NCBI RefSeq assembly: GCF_963506605.1
Contig: NC_083281.1
Span: 37,572,001 to 37,636,000, forward strand
Length of the DNA stretch: 64,000 nucleotides
DNA from: Zootoca vivipara
Lineage: Eukaryota
Direction of reading: 5' to 3'
Positions 1 through 12,538 of the stretch are shown here, piece by piece. The position numbers were made by a program, and so were the translations under genes. Under the pieces are notes generated by a model. That model saw only the letters and a program-made list of their open reading frames with translations, was not told where the DNA came from and made no database searches. Each line of letters starts with the position of its first letter. Position 1 is the first letter of the stretch.

Positions 1-388
1 AATCCAACACCTCAAACCCTCTTCTACTTTCTCAGCTTCCCTTCCCTCCTCGCAAGTGTCACCTCCTGGCCACACCCTCCTAACAGCCCGCCTCACCCTC
101 TGCCTCCCTCCAGTCCACGCCCCCTCCGCGCCCGCCCCCAACCCTTTACCTCACAGACTTGGGCCCCTTCGAGACTTGGGCCCCACCTCTACCAGCAGCC
201 CGCCGCTTACGCAGAGACCGGCCCACCCTCCTCCTCTCCCCATATAGAAGCCCCCTCGGCGAAGAGACCCTTCCCTCAAGGACGGTCCTGATTCTAATTG
301 CTCCCCCCCCCTCCCGCTCACCTCTTTCCTCTTGTCTCTTTCTACCCGGCTTCCAACTGAAGAGGATTCAGTCAGTTCTCGAGCTCAC

Positions 389-545
389 CAGACGGCTCCG
401 GAACTTCCGCCGCCGCCGCCAGCGCGCGCGAGGGGGGCGGGTCCGCCCAAGCTTCGGCCCCGCCGGAAGTGTCGCGCGCCGCTCTATCTCGCTGGAAAGA
501 ACGGAGTCCGGAAGAGGAGCCTCAAAGGGCGCGGCCATCTTGGTT
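389..545 (-). promoter_or_regulatory. CpG-island promoter and non-coding first exon of a minus-strand gene leaving the window to the left (LYPLA2 expected by synteny)
   Basis: CpG-rich; minus-strand donor CTG|GTGAGC (GT at 388-387); GC boxes 433-448; ETS/GABP CCGGAAG at 463 and 508; YY1 GCCATCTT at 534-541. No coding sequence is visible, so the identity rests only on the human order RPL11-ELOA-PITHD1-LYPLA2. Confidence 0.6.
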
Positions 546-1364
546 GGCCTAATTAAAGGTCCGCGGGGTTCTTCGCGCCGGTGTCATAAATTAAATGGCT
601 CAGTATTTTCATATGGCTTTTTGCTGTTATTATTTGCAATAGCAGCTCTTTTTTTTGGTGGGTCTTGGTAATGGGGATAATAGCATTTGACGCTATGGCC
701 AATTCATACCGGTAATTATTATGGTAGACAGCAGCGTTGGCGTTGTTGATTATTTTTGCGCTCTTGATATCAGCGGTTAGTCTTAATAACGTCACACATA
801 CTGTACTTAATGGTAGCACGTGCCTGCTAACTGTACAGAGTTAGCAGGATAAGTTTTGCCTGACTTGATTTTTAAAGTCTGATCAGGTGACCATACTGAG
901 CATACCAGGTTAGAGGGCGAGTCCTTCCTGTGAATTTAACATCCCACACCTATTAGCAATGGGTATGCCCGCGAAAGACAGATTAGGATCTGCTGGTACA
1001 ACCGTAGATCGGCAATGACCACTTCTTCTTTTAATTGGGTTTTATCATGTCATTTGTATATCACAAAAATAGCATAATAAATGTGGAAAAATATCTACTT
1101 GTTTCATTATTAGTGGTCAATGTACTGTACAAGTTCTTGGTTTATGAATTGGTTTAAACAATTAGGAAAAAGAGGAGAGGGGAAAAGGAAAAAAAGGGAG
1201 AGGGGAGGGAGAATCGGTAAGGACTTCTGACACAATTGTTCAACAGTAACAAGATTACTTATTTTCATCTATGTGCTGAGATGAAAAAAGCTAATTGGTA
1301 GTGGGTGGTGGGTGTTAATCAGTATGGGATTTTAGGGAGGGGTAGTGCCTCAGGTGGGGGACGT

Positions 1365-1725
1365 GTAGTTTGTCCACCTTTGGTCCCCACCCTGAACTCA
1401 GCTTTTACATATTATAGCTGCTAGAAGCTGTCAGCATGCGACTGGTCATGCCCTGGGAACAGTTCCCACTCAAACCCTTGTTGAGTTAGGGACTTCCTCT
1501 GCATGTGAAGACAGGCTCCAGTGGATTGAGCGGATGAGACCAAAAGTAGGTCCAATGGTCAATAAGGCAGTTTCTACATGTGCAGTAGAGGGAAGTGAGG
1601 GGTAGATGGGGTTCATTAACCTGGGAAGGTAGCCCATCTAGAAGGAAAACACTGATCCTAAACCTCTGCTGCGTTGCGGGATATCTTCAGGAGAAGAAAA
1701 GGCTAAGAAGTAAATCCTACTCAAA
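1365..1725 (+). mobile_element. Degenerate non-LTR retroelement fragment, resembles an RTE-type 5' UTR
   Basis: Contains GGTAGCCCATCTAGAAGGAAAACACTGATCCTAAACC, similar to a motif I recall from RTE 5' UTRs; no ORF; boundaries approximate. Confidence 0.35.
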
Positions 1726-2424
1726 TTGATTGATTGATGGTAAAGTGACATTTGCAAGGAAACATACACAGGATTGTGCTATTATTCCTGCGGTTCAATG
1801 GGGAATAATCTGTTATAAGGGTTTAAGGCTGAGCCTTAGTTAAGAACTGGCTAGTAGCATGTTGGACTAGAACTAAGGAGATCAGGGTTCAAATTCCCAC
1901 TCATCCATGAAGATCACTGATCTTGAACTAAACATTTTCTCTTGGCCTAGCCTACTGGAGAGAGGGGAAACCACGTACACCACCTCGAGCTCCTTGAAGG
2001 AAAGGTGGAATATAAATAATGTGATGATAGGGAGGTTTTTAAGCAGAGGTTGGATGGCCATCTGTCATGGATGCTTTAGCTGAGATTCCTGCAATGTGGG
2101 GGGGAAATATCTTTTTTTAAATCTACTGTTGTCAACAAAACTCTAAAGCTGACAGTAGTCCATAAATCTCAACCCTTCCGTACTATTTTATTTCCCCATT
2201 GCCTTGCTTATGGACTTCCGAGAGGCATTTGGTTGGCCACTGTGAGAACCAAAAACTGGACTAGCTAGGCCTTTAATCTGATCCAGCAGGACTCTTCTTG
2301 TGCTCTTTGTACTCCTCCACATTTATTTTGTACCAGTCAATTGTGTTAGGCACTATGGAGATTTCCTGCTTAGAGGGTTAAAAAGAAATGATATAAGCAA
2401 GGGACATACACATTTGTTGCCATG

Positions 2425-2430
2425 TTTATT
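2425..2430 (-). terminator. Candidate PITHD1 polyadenylation signal (AATAAA)
   Basis: TTTATT on + strand about 670 nt downstream of the PITHD1 stop. Confidence 0.5.
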
Positions 2431-3096
2431 AGAAAAAATTAAGCCACATTGGTTAGAAAGTTAAGCCCAGGAGAGAGAAACATCCCTCTTCAGGTTTTAG
2501 ATGCACAGTTGAAGCTGTTGCATTTCGGCAAGCAACTTACTGGATGATATTCATGGAGAAGCATGCAGTACTTTGTACTCTGGAGTACAACCAAATGAAT
2601 ACTGCCATGTACAATTCACATTAACATGAAATTAGCCAACAACTCATCTAGAACACCAACTTATCCCCCTGTATACAGTACATTCAAGAGGCAGAACAGA
2701 ATCCCAGATGGTACAACACTCCCAGACCAAGTCTCCCACCAGCCTCACACCTTTATGTATGCCAGCAGTAGAAGCAGCAACTGAACAGGAAGATCACTGA
2801 CTGAAAAAAAAAACTTCTGCCCTGACAGATACAACATAGTTGAGACAACTGCGTTACAGGCAGGCAAAGGCCAATATTTTCAAAACCTCCTACTCAATAT
2901 TTGTAAGATCTCAAGCCATGATTGTCCTTAGCAATGGTACAATTATTGCTACCTAATTGCCAGCATTTGGTGCCCTGCTTTACCAAAGCAGCCACACCCA
3001 CACCCACACAAGAATGAATGCTACAATGCTCCTTATAGCCTCAAGTGTTTGACAGTCTTCCAAGCCTCCACAGCAGTCTGGTGGTGCACAAGCCAC

Positions 3097-3198
3097 TTAG
3101 GAAATGAAGTTCGTCTCCGGTATGATCTGATCAATTTTGTGGTCAGCTGGGTTCGCTGCTGCTTCGTAGTTGCAGATGGTCACTTCATGTCGATGAGG
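3097..3198 (-). CDS. PITHD1: PITHD1 coding exon 6 (last)
   Basis: tttcctgtacag|CCTCATCGA; PHRHEVTICNYEAAANPADHKIDQIIPETNFIS*; TAA at 3099-3097. Confidence 0.95.
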   Translation of the reverse strand, partial: PHRHEVTICNYEAAANPADHKIDQIIPETNFIS

Positions 3199-6100
3199 CT
3201 GTACAGGAAAGACAAAAGACTTCCTAAGATGCAACACAGTAAAGTTGAGAATTGCTGAAAGCCAGAGCAGTCCTTTGATCCCATTTCCATTTAGCAGCAC
3301 CTTCTCTTCCACCATACATTTTCCCTAGAATACTTACCATGCAGATTCCTAGAGTAACCTGTGTTTGCTTTGATGAGTTTTAAGATGATGGTAACCTACC
3401 CCTTTGGGGATGCAGTGATGTCTCTTTTCATGTCTTGTCCCCTCAAAGTCTAGCATGCATTATCACTCAGTTATGGCAGGATTGACAAGACAAGTCAGTG
3501 GCTGCTTTAACTTGGCAGGGCTCTGCACTAGGGAAAACCAGCAAAACAGCAAAAACTGCTTTGTTTACAATCATACCCCAATTTGGAGCAGCAGGTGGGA
3601 TTGAAGACAGGCAGCCCATTTAAGGAATCTCTGCTTTAGATCCTAGGACAGATCTTCCACATAATCAAAACACATCCTGCACAGAGAGCCTGGGACCAGA
3701 TTTGTAGCAATCAATTGGCAGGTATATAAAAGTGGCATGTCTGCAAACAGCCACTCATTGAGTCATCTATGAGACATAAGATGCATCAACATGCGACAAG
3801 GCAGGAAAGCTTCTTCTTTTTTTACAGAAGGGTGGCTCCCTTATACAATGTGCTAAAAGTAACAAGTAACCTTCAGGAAGTCAAGCAAGCTCAACGGGAT
3901 AGCAGCTTTTGTGGACTCATCTGCATGGCTTAGGTATATTTCATACTCCTCAACATTACCACAGCAAATAGCACTAAGAACCATAAGGGGTGGGCACCTA
4001 CTAGAATGCAATAGTTGCATTTAAACCTTGTTAATGTTTTACGAACATGAGTTTGACCAAACTACGGGAGGCAGTGCAAGACAGGAGTGCCTGGCGTGCT
4101 ATGGTCCATGGGGTCACGAAGAGTCGGACACGACTAAACAACAACAACAATGTTTTACTATGGATGTGCCTTAAGCACAGACTTTCATATGCTCTTTACC
4201 ACTAGCCACTAACAACAGCAGACAACAGCTAGGAGTCATTTAAATATACAACATCCAAGGTTGTCACATTGATTTTGCACCTACCCTGGAGTCTCTGCTC
4301 AGACAGAATTCCATACAGAATTGTGTGTAATTTGACTTGTCCCCTGCTATTATAAACTCTCCAGTGATGACGGATGGTATAGAATTTTTTATAAATAAGT
4401 AATGGTATCCTTGGTGGCCTTTCCTGCTGGCACAAGATCTATCTTTGTTTGCTTCCCTTCCCTTCCCCACACCCCACATCCCTTTTTCCTTTTTTATTGT
4501 GTCTACTGATCTAGAAGCACATGGGCAGGGACTGTCTTGTTTTTCTATCTCTATTGATAATTTATACAAATTTAAGAAGCTCTGCATGGCCCTCTTTCCT
4601 CATAACTGCACACTTTTTCCATTTGTCATCTTGGCCCCTTACTTCTGTCCATTCTCCCCTCAGGCCTATGTAAAAGATCTTCGTTGTCTCAGCACCAAAG
4701 TTCTTGGAGATGTGGATAGACAGATGATAAACATTTGAGAAGCGAGCAATTCTGAAACAAAAAAGAAATTTGGTGTTCTGAATATACAATTCTCAGTACA
4801 GACACACAAGAGATTGCATTCTGGTCTCTGGAGTAGTAATAATCACATAGGGATAGAAAAACAGTTTTTTGGGGTCACTGTCTCTGTCAATTCCAGACCA
4901 AGACACAAGGTCTGGAACTGGCAAAGGTCTGGAACTGACACAAGGTCTAGAACTGGAAAGGGATCACCTTAACTTCCCGGATTGCAGCAGCAGTTAGAGC
5001 ATTTTTGGCTGTTTCAGCAAACCGACCAGGGCACACTTGTCACTGGTGCTATCTTTCTTTTCTGGAAGAGACCTACCACTGCCTGATCCATTACTGAAAT
5101 ACTCCTCTATCAGATGCTGGCCCTTAAGGCCACTCAAATTCAATTTAACTGCCATGGCTCCTTATGCTCTACAAATTATAGTTCAAAGGAGAAGGTCCTG
5201 ACATCTGGTACATGGAGAACTATCAGAGAGATGGTGCTGAGGCACAGGTTGAATATTTGCTCCAGTTTCAAAACAAGGGAGTTCTGCACATCCCCAGTGA
5301 GAGCTGAGCAATGACTTACTTTGTAGGATATTCCAGTTCTCCAGTAACATCACGATTCAGGCTGAACATCTGATCTGGTTCTCTGGCAGTATCACCAAAA
5401 GACATGTGAGGAATGTTCTTAAAGCTGAAATAAAGACAAGACAACAGCAAAGGTCAGCCTGCACAAATTCAAAGTTTCCTTATACAGTATATCCCAATCA
5501 CTGTAGTAATTTGGCTTTGTACTGTGAAACATAGCCCAACTGCTAGGAGCACCACACAAACGGAGAAATCAGAAGACAAAAATAAGTTATTTTTCACATC
5601 CTGGTGCCCTCCAATTGTTTGGGACTGCTATGGCCATCATTCCCATGCAGCACGGCCAAAGGTCAGGAGTGGCAAGAGCTGTAACCCACCACCACCAGGA
5701 AGGAACCAGGTTGGAGAAGGCTGGCTTAAGACATGCTCTAAGTCTATCTAATGCAAAGGCAGCCCGATAATGTGCTTTTGAGCTGCACATGTTTTTGAGC
5801 TACAACTCCCATTAGCCACCACAACCAGCATGGCCAAAAATCAGGCATGATGGAAACAGTAGTTTGTCAACATCTGGAGGGCACTATAATGGTTAAAAGT
5901 TAAAGGGACCCCTGACCATTAGGTACAGTCATGACTGACTTTGGGGTTGCGGCACTCATCTTGCGTTATTGGCCGAGGGAGCCGGCGAACAGTTTCCAGG
6001 TCATGTGGCCAGCATGACTAAGCCACTTCTGGTGAACCAGAGCAGCACACGGAAACACCGTTTACCTTCCTGCCGGAGTGGTACCTATTTATCTGCTTGC

Positions 6101-9100
6101 ACTTTGGCGTGCTTTCGAACTGCTGGGTGGGCAGGAGCAGGGACCGAACAATGGGAGCTCACCCCGTTGCAGGGATTCGAACCGTCGACATTCTGATCGG
6201 CAAGCCCTAGGCTCTGTGGTTTAACCCTCAGCGCCACCCGCGTCCCACTACAATGGTTACCCCTGCTCTATTCCATTGGTCCTCCACTGGTGGGTTGGGA
6301 TCCACTGCTGGGTCACAGATTGATCTAAGGTGGGTCACAACAGCTGAAATACCACCCTGAAAGTACAGTGGAACCTCGGTTTATGAACACCTCAGTTTAC
6401 GAATTTTCGGTTTACGAACGCCGCGGACCCATCTGGAACGGATTAATTCACTTTCCATTACTTTCAATGGGAAAGTTCGCTTCAGTTTATGAACGGACTT
6501 CCGGAACCAATTACACCCATGCTTTGGGTTAAGTACGCTTCAGGTTGAGTACTCTGCAGACCCATCTGGAATGGATTAATCCACTTTCCATTACTTTCAA
6601 TGGGAAAGTTCGCTTCAGTTTATGAACGCTTCAGTTTATGAACAGACTTCCAGAACCAATTGTGTTCATAAACCGAGGTACCACTGTACAGGTAATTCTC
6701 ATCTTATGTCAGGGCTAGGTTCCAGGGATCCATGCATATACACAAAAATAAATAAAGTCATGAACCCCCAGAGTCAGCTCCCCTGCGAGATCCAGCGCTA
6801 CTTGCCCACCTTTGGGAAGGAGGCAGGAGGACTCTAGGAACCTGCCACAGCCCTCATGCCTCATTCCCAAAGCCCAGTGCCTCACTTATCTGGCTCTGGG
6901 AAGGTGGTGCAAGGGCTCTGGGATGCTTCCAGGGCCCTTGCACTGCTTACCCAAAGCATGGTAAGCCCGCAACAGCAGGTTTGCACAGGTGGGGGGAATA
7001 AATAAATGGAGAGTGGATTTCCTCCGCTCTCCATTTACTTAATCATTTCCCTTACCCACCCACGCAAAGCTATGATAGTGTAATTAAAATAAGCATAGAT
7101 GTGAGTTACCTATATGTAGTAAAAAAAAGAGAGAGAGATACGTCCTCAAATGTATACTTGAGTTGAAGGTAAGTCCCAGGTCTGAAAAAGTTGAAGACTA
7201 CAGTATTGCCCTAATGTACTGCATAGAAAAGGAAACTGCTCCTCCTATTGAAAAAGAAAGGAGCTACAACTCATGGATCTCTGAGTAACTGGGCTGGTAG
7301 ATCAGTAGTACCAACATTGCTACAGTACCTAAGGGAAATATTGATTTATTAAATGTTAGCAATTTAAGAATCTTCAACCACATCCCCAATCCATCAACTC
7401 CCTGTTCCTTTGTGACTCTGCCCTCAAACCACCACAGATGACAGAATGGCAAGCTACTCACAAAGCTCCTGCACCCAACTGCTAAGGGTACCAACCTGCA
7501 AATGCCACAACAGCAAAGCCAAATGCCAATTTGCCTAGAGCACACAGCCAAAACAACAATATCCCACTGCAGCACTAAATATGGCTCTCATGATTTTACA
7601 GCAGGCATCCCCAAACTTCGGCCCTCCAGATGTTTTGGACTACAATTCCCATCTTCCCCGACCACTGGTCCTGTTAGCTAGGGATCATGGGAGTTGTAGG
7701 CCAAAACATCTGGAGGGCCGCAGTTTGGGGATGCCTGTTCTACAGTTTCAGTTTTCACAGTTGCACACAGGAGTGTAAAAACGTGCACTCTTCCTGATAA
7801 ATGTGAGGGATCTATATATGGTTTCTAGGGGTCCCAGAAGTCATATCATAAGCTTTTATTTGTATGGCCCTATTTTTATGGGCTCCACCTAAGAACTAGC
7901 ATCCTGTTCAGAGGCGACAAAGGTGCTAAGAGGGAAACCTTAAGTACAGTATGTGCTACCAAGGTGAGATGGGAGTGGAAGAAGGCTAGCCAAGTGGCAA
8001 GATGGTTAGAAGCAAGTGGGACAAAGCAGACACCCAAGGAAAGAAGGAACTGAAGAATGGGAGGCACTCAGGAGAAAGTAGGACTGGGGAAGAGGGACCA
8101 TTCAGCAGTGGCAGAAAAGCAAAGGAGGAGCATGTATTAGTATAGAAGCCAGATCTTGACAAATTCTGCCAATTATAGCTTCTGCTATCACTGCTGTATG
8201 ATGACCTGGAAGTTATGAGAGTAAAGAAAGTTCTTCAGTCAAAGAATTTGAGCATGGGCAATTTCAAATTAATTGAACTTGACTGTTTACTGCAAGCTAC
8301 ACAGTGACCAGTATTGACTAGAATAATGGAAGAGCTGAAGCAAAAAATAAGAATAACCACTCAGTTATCGTCTTGGTAGGATTAGGCATTCATAGCACAA
8401 TAGTTCCACCACAAAATATATCCCCCTTCAGCACCACTTACAGTCGCATTTCCGATGGGTGTGTATTGTCATCCTCTCCCATCACAATGATCCCTTTTAG
8501 TTTCACATTGCCAGTAAAACTGCAACAAGAGACAGATTGCTGGTTTTCCAAGTACAGTAGATTTAAAGCATTTTTTTAACAATCCAGAAGATTCCTAGGT
8601 GGTGTATTAAAGTGTAACATAAAACTATCTGTACTCATAAGATTAAAATCTTGCAGTAAGAATGTCACACCTTCAACATTGTCCGATGACTCTTCAGAAC
8701 ATTGGAAGGGCTGTGGGTTGCCATCTTTACCACCAGTCATACTGCCGCCCAGTCTACCTGCAGCTCCTTCTGCACTCCCCTCTCTCAATGGAAGAGTCTG
8801 AAACTTCTATTATGGCATCAGAAGCTGCAGAGTGCCATAAACACTTCACATATCCCTAACATATCACTCTTTTTGTGGATTTTTAATTGCAACCTGCTTT
8901 GAGAGTCAGTCTTTCCTGAAGATCAGGTAGAAACAAAAATAAAATTATAGTAGCCACCTTCCAAAACTACCTCTTACAGCTTGACTGCTCTGGATTTCAA
9001 GTTACATTTCAAGAGTGACGAAAAAACAGCACTGAACATGGACAGACGTGAATGTCAATATATCATTTACTCATGCAAAATAGGTACTTACGGAATATTA

Positions 9101-12100
9101 AACAAAAGCTCTTCATCATCATCACTTTCTACAAACTAAAAGAAACATAAAACTCAATTTAATATAAGGAAATTTATATCCAGTGAATAAAAATGTTGTC
9201 CTGCATGCTTCTGTATATGCATTCAATTTGTTCAATGGCACCTTGAGAACACCAGAGGTTACTTTTGGGTTGTAATTTATAAAGAACAAGTTCCTAGCCA
9301 TCACAGCTAAGAAGAAAAGTCTGGAAACATGTAGGCTGGGCAGTAGCAACATAAACTGAAAGAAAGCCTTGCAAATAAATGCACATATGTTACCTCAGTC
9401 CACACATTTCAGCAACCTACACAAAGTTATGCTGTGTATTCATTTTCTCCTTGAAAAATTGAGGAGGAATCTGCTTCCACTCTGCAAGGCCACCCTCTTG
9501 GATTGCCTGGAAGCAATAATGATCCATCCCAGGGCAGGTGGCTATTTCTAAGCCTGGGGGAAGAGGCCTCTTATGCCTCCCAGAACTAATGCGCTGTGAC
9601 TCACAGACCACACCTGCTGCCAGCCTAACCCTACTCTCCATGCCCATACCATTCTATGTGACTTCAGAACCTGACTTCTAAGTGCACAGACAGAAAATAT
9701 ATAATTTGCCTTAATTCATCTCAGTTGCAGAATGCAGTAATTTTCTAGGCACAGAATTCTGGACATCTAGGCAAACACATACAAATCCAAGTCTGTCGGG
9801 ACAGAATGGACTGGACATTTGCATCTGCATGTAATTCTTGGACTGATCTGGCAGAAATACCAGCTTGTGAAGAGACGCTGTGAACCTACACAGGGGAATC
9901 CTGGACATAAAACCACACAGAAATATATTGTTTGATTTATCTCACTTGTTGGAAGAACTCAGAGGCTGTGGGAAATACCGGTAACGAGGATTAACATCAG
10001 AATGACTTATGAGAACCATCGGAAATGAATATGAGAAGCAGTAGAAGTATGAGATGATCAGATCCCCTCCGACCTCAGAGCATGAAGTCTCCCCGAAAAA
10101 ATTATAATTTGGCATAATATTTGGATTGTTTAATTATTGAATAATTTGTATAATTCAGAATATATGATGTGATTTGATTGGAATGTTAAAATGGAAAATG
10201 TAAAAAATATTATTTGTTAAAAAACCAACAAATCCAAGTCTGTCTTCTTTCAAACCTCTTTGCAATTTAAATCCAAAACAGGCAAGTACAACTTTAGCTC
10301 AACTACCTATAGAACAGTCCTGTAACATAGTGTGCACTGGTAATCTATCAGGAGACATAAGCAATAGTGCCAGATGGCACAGCCACCTCTCTGGCCCTTT
10401 CCAGTTAATACACAAACTGACTGGACCAGGTGGTGTAACAAGAACTGTCCCTTCACAGTCTATGTATTACGTACATTGACAGACAGTACTGGCAACCAAT
10501 AAGTTTTTGCTTCTAAAAGTAGGGCTGTCTTATCTCTCTCTGACCTGAAAAGTACACTGGACATCCTCAATACTTTAGTCTCATATGTTCAAGTTCTAAG
10601 GGGAAAATGGCATCATGCTTCACATTACTGTTCCCATCCTAAATATACTGTACGCCTTCTGAAGTACTTTATATATTTATATTGGAGAGTTAACTTTCAT
10701 AGTAAGCATGCAGACTCCCGTCAATCTTATTTGCCATATTAAATTTGTGAGCACTCATAAGAAGAGCTGCTGGATCAGGCCAATAACCCATGTAGTCCAG
10801 CATCCTGTTCTCACAGTAGAGAACAAGATGCCTGTGGGAAACTCACAAGTAGGACCCAAGAACAAAAGCACTCTCCCTTCCTGCAGTTTCCAGGAGGCAG
10901 AGCATAGCCATCATGGCTAGTAGCCACTGATAGCTTTATCTCCATAAAATTGTCCCATCCTCTTTTAAAACCATCCAAGTTGGAGGCCATTACCACCTCC
11001 TGTGGGAGCAAGTTCCAGACATTAACTATGTGCTGCATGGAAAAAGAACTTTATTTGTCCTGAATCTTCCAACATACAACTTCACTCGGTGTCCATGAGT
11101 TCTAGTGCTTTGACAGAAGAAAATGTTTTTTTCCCCTATCCACTTCCTGCATGCCATGCATAATTTTATAAACTTCTATCATGTCACCTCTCACTCACCT
11201 TTTCTCTAAACTACAAAATCCTGAGTGCTGCAAACCATACGTTTTCCAGGTAAAACTTTAGTTTTTGTTTTCTAAGTATTTCAGTTTATACTGTTAAGAA
11301 GCCACCTTCAGATAGCTTACCTAAGAGGCAGCTTACAAATATCTTAAGTAAGCCTTGTTTCTACGACAACAAAATAAGCACCGTTACCTCTCTGGAAAAT
11401 GCTTAGGATTTTTTTTTAAGTTTCCATTTCATAACTGAGTTATAATTTGTATGTGGAAAAATACCTTTCTGCGCAGTTACCACATGCATCCAATAATAAT
11501 GAATGGGCGGGTTAGTGCCTGGGCGTTTGACACACACCCTTGACCCTCCCTCTGCCCCTCCCCATAACCAGCACCTTCTCTGCTTCGGTATCTACGCCAG
11601 GAATGGGGAGCCCTGTGGCCCTCCAGATGTTGCTGGACTCCCAACTCTCATCAGACTCCGCCCAATGGCCAATGATAGGGATGCATGGGTGCTGACAGGG
11701 GGAGAAGCAGGTGCCCCCCTATCAAGTAAATGAAAAAAAAATTCTTAACTAACTGAACAATTGCGTCGCAGACAACTCGATTCTGACCCCCTAACCTAAA
11801 GCCTGCCCCTTCCCCCAAAATAAATCCTGGATGCACCCATGCAGGGATATCTGGAGTTGTACTTCAGCAACATGGGGTCTAGTGTAGCAACTTGTGTTGG
11901 TGCCTTGCACCAACGCCCTCCAGGTGTTGTCGAGCTACAACTCCCCGACATAACCCATGGCGAGGCCTGGTAGGAGTTGCAGTTCAGCAGCACCGAAACG
12001 GCCACAAGCTCTCTCTCCCCCCCCCCCAACCCCGCGGGAGGCGAGAGAGAAAGAAAGGAGGGCAGACCTTCTGGCGGTCCCCGCGGTCTTCCCAGGCGCG

Positions 12101-12265
12101 GAAGACGAGAGCCCCGCTGCCTTCCCTCCGCTCGTTCAGGCACTCCAGGCGCTCGCGGTCGATGCGCAGGTAAAGGCCCCAGGCCTGGCCGCGCCGCTCG
12201 GGAGGCTCCTCGTGGTCGTCGCTATGGCAACAGCTGCCCCCGCCGTGACTGTGCCCGTGAGACAT
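3097..12265 (-). CDS. PITHD1: PITH domain-containing protein 1, spliced gene span, 211 aa
   Basis: Exons 12265-12068, 9135-9092, 8519-8442, 5424-5320, 4751-4643, 3198-3097 sum to 636 nt; all GT-AG and phase-compatible; protein MSHGHSHGGG...FVESDDDEELLFNIPFTGNVKLKG...HEVTICNYEAAANPADHKIDQIIPETNFIS matches vertebrate PITHD1. Confidence 0.97.
4043..4148 (+). mobile_element. BovB/RTE LINE 3' end, 5'-truncated
   Basis: GTCCATGGGGTCACGAAGAGTCGGACACGACT plus (CAA)n tail; 10-bp TSD AATGTTTTAC at 4033-4042 and 4149-4158. Confidence 0.85.
4643..4751 (-). CDS. PITHD1: PITHD1 coding exon 5
   Basis: ttgtttcag|AATTGCT...ACAGAA|gtaagg; IARFSNVYHLSIHISKNFGAETTKIFYIGLRGEWTE. Confidence 0.95.
4903..4955. repeat. 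Three tandem copies of a ~17-18 bp unit (ACACAAGGTCTGGAACTG)
   Basis: acacaaggtctggaactg / gcaaaggtctggaactg / acacaaggtctagaactg in PITHD1 intron 4. Confidence 0.8.
5320..5424 (-). CDS. PITHD1: PITHD1 coding exon 4
   Basis: tttcag|CTTTAAGAAC...CCTACAAA|gtaagt; FKNIPHMSFGDTAREPDQMFSLNRDVTGELEYPTK. Confidence 0.95.
5895..6245 (-). mobile_element. Sauria SINE (Squam1 type), full length
   Basis: Minus-strand head GGACGCGGGTGGCGCTG with B box GGTTCGAATCCC; tail ...CAGGGGTCCCTTTAAC; 13-bp TSD CACTA(T/C)AATGGTT at 5882-5894 and 6246-6258. Confidence 0.9.
6366..6686. mobile_element. Tc1/mariner (Tigger-like) MITE
   Basis: 24-bp TIR CAGTGG(A/T)ACCTCGGTTTATGAACA with 1 mismatch; TA on both sides; internal ~70-bp direct duplication; related copy at 49603-49790. 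Confidence 0.9.
6689..7112. mobile_element. Older Tc1/mariner-like MITE directly abutting the previous one
   Basis: Degenerate TIRs CAGGTAATTCTCATCTTATG and CATAGATGTGAGTTACCTA; TA flanks. Confidence 0.55.
7602..7737. mobile_element. Palindromic 136-bp hAT MITE
   Basis: TIR CAGGCATCCCCAAACT; near-palindromic throughout; 8-bp TSD TT(T/C)TACAG. Confidence 0.9.
8442..8519 (-). CDS. PITHD1: PITHD1 coding exon 3
   Basis: ttgttgcag|TTTTACT...ATGCGACT|gtaagt; FTGNVKLKGIIVMGEDDNTHPSEMRL. Confidence 0.95.
9092..9135 (-). CDS. PITHD1: PITHD1 coding exon 2
   Basis: ttttag|TTTGTAGAA...ATTCC|gtaagt; FVESDDDEELLFNIP. Confidence 0.95.
9798..10227 (+). mobile_element. 5'-truncated retroposed insertion (probably an L1-like 3' end)
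   Basis: Perfect 17-bp TSD ACAAATCCAAGTCTGTC at 9781-9797 and 10228-10244; A-rich 3' end. Confidence 0.75.
10757..11235 (-). mobile_element. CR1 LINE 3' fragment
   Basis: Minus-strand translation VNVWNLLPQEVVMASNLDGFKRGWDNFME resembles the CR1 ORF2 C-terminus, followed by a CR1-type 3' UTR. Confidence 0.8.
12068..12265 (-). CDS. PITHD1: PITHD1 coding exon 1
   Basis: GCCATGTCT start in CpG island; MSHGHSHGGGSCCHSDDHEEPPERRGQAWGLYLRIDRERLECLNERREGSGALVFRAWEDRGDRQK|gtctgc. Confidence 0.95.
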
Positions 12266-12279
12266 GGCCGAGCGCGAGG

Positions 12280-12480
12280 CGACGTCTCCCCCCCCCGCAC
12301 GCTCCGTTCCCCGCAGCAATAGCAGCAAACACGCAGCCACACGCACTGAGCAGAGGGAAAGAACCCGGATGTCAACAATGGCAGAGCATGCGCAATGCCG
12401 CCTTCAAAGGCATCTTCCGGCCCTGTGAGAAATGAGGCCGGCCTCCGTTGACTGCTCCCGCGTCTCTTGAAACACGGTGC
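12280..12480 (-). promoter_or_regulatory. PITHD1 CpG-island promoter
   Basis: NRF1-type GCATGCGCA 12386-12394; ETS-like CCGGATGT 12365-12372 and CCGGAAGA (minus) 12413-12420. Confidence 0.65.
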
Positions 12481-12538
12481 CTGTTTGTCAGAGAGCTAGA
12501 AAAAGTAGAGTGTCCCCGCACAGCCTGAACTTCTAGTC

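Noticed and set aside
159-671. 170-aa plus-strand ORF at the left edge
   Set aside because: Low-complexity CpG-island frame with a non-ATG start, antisense to the apparent first exon.
560-860. AT-rich but CpG-retaining stretch with hydrophobic ORF ends, possibly foreign DNA
   Set aside because: It adjoins a CpG island, has no coherent long ORF and no TSD/TIR boundaries; best read as island shore. Only a BLAST search could reopen this.
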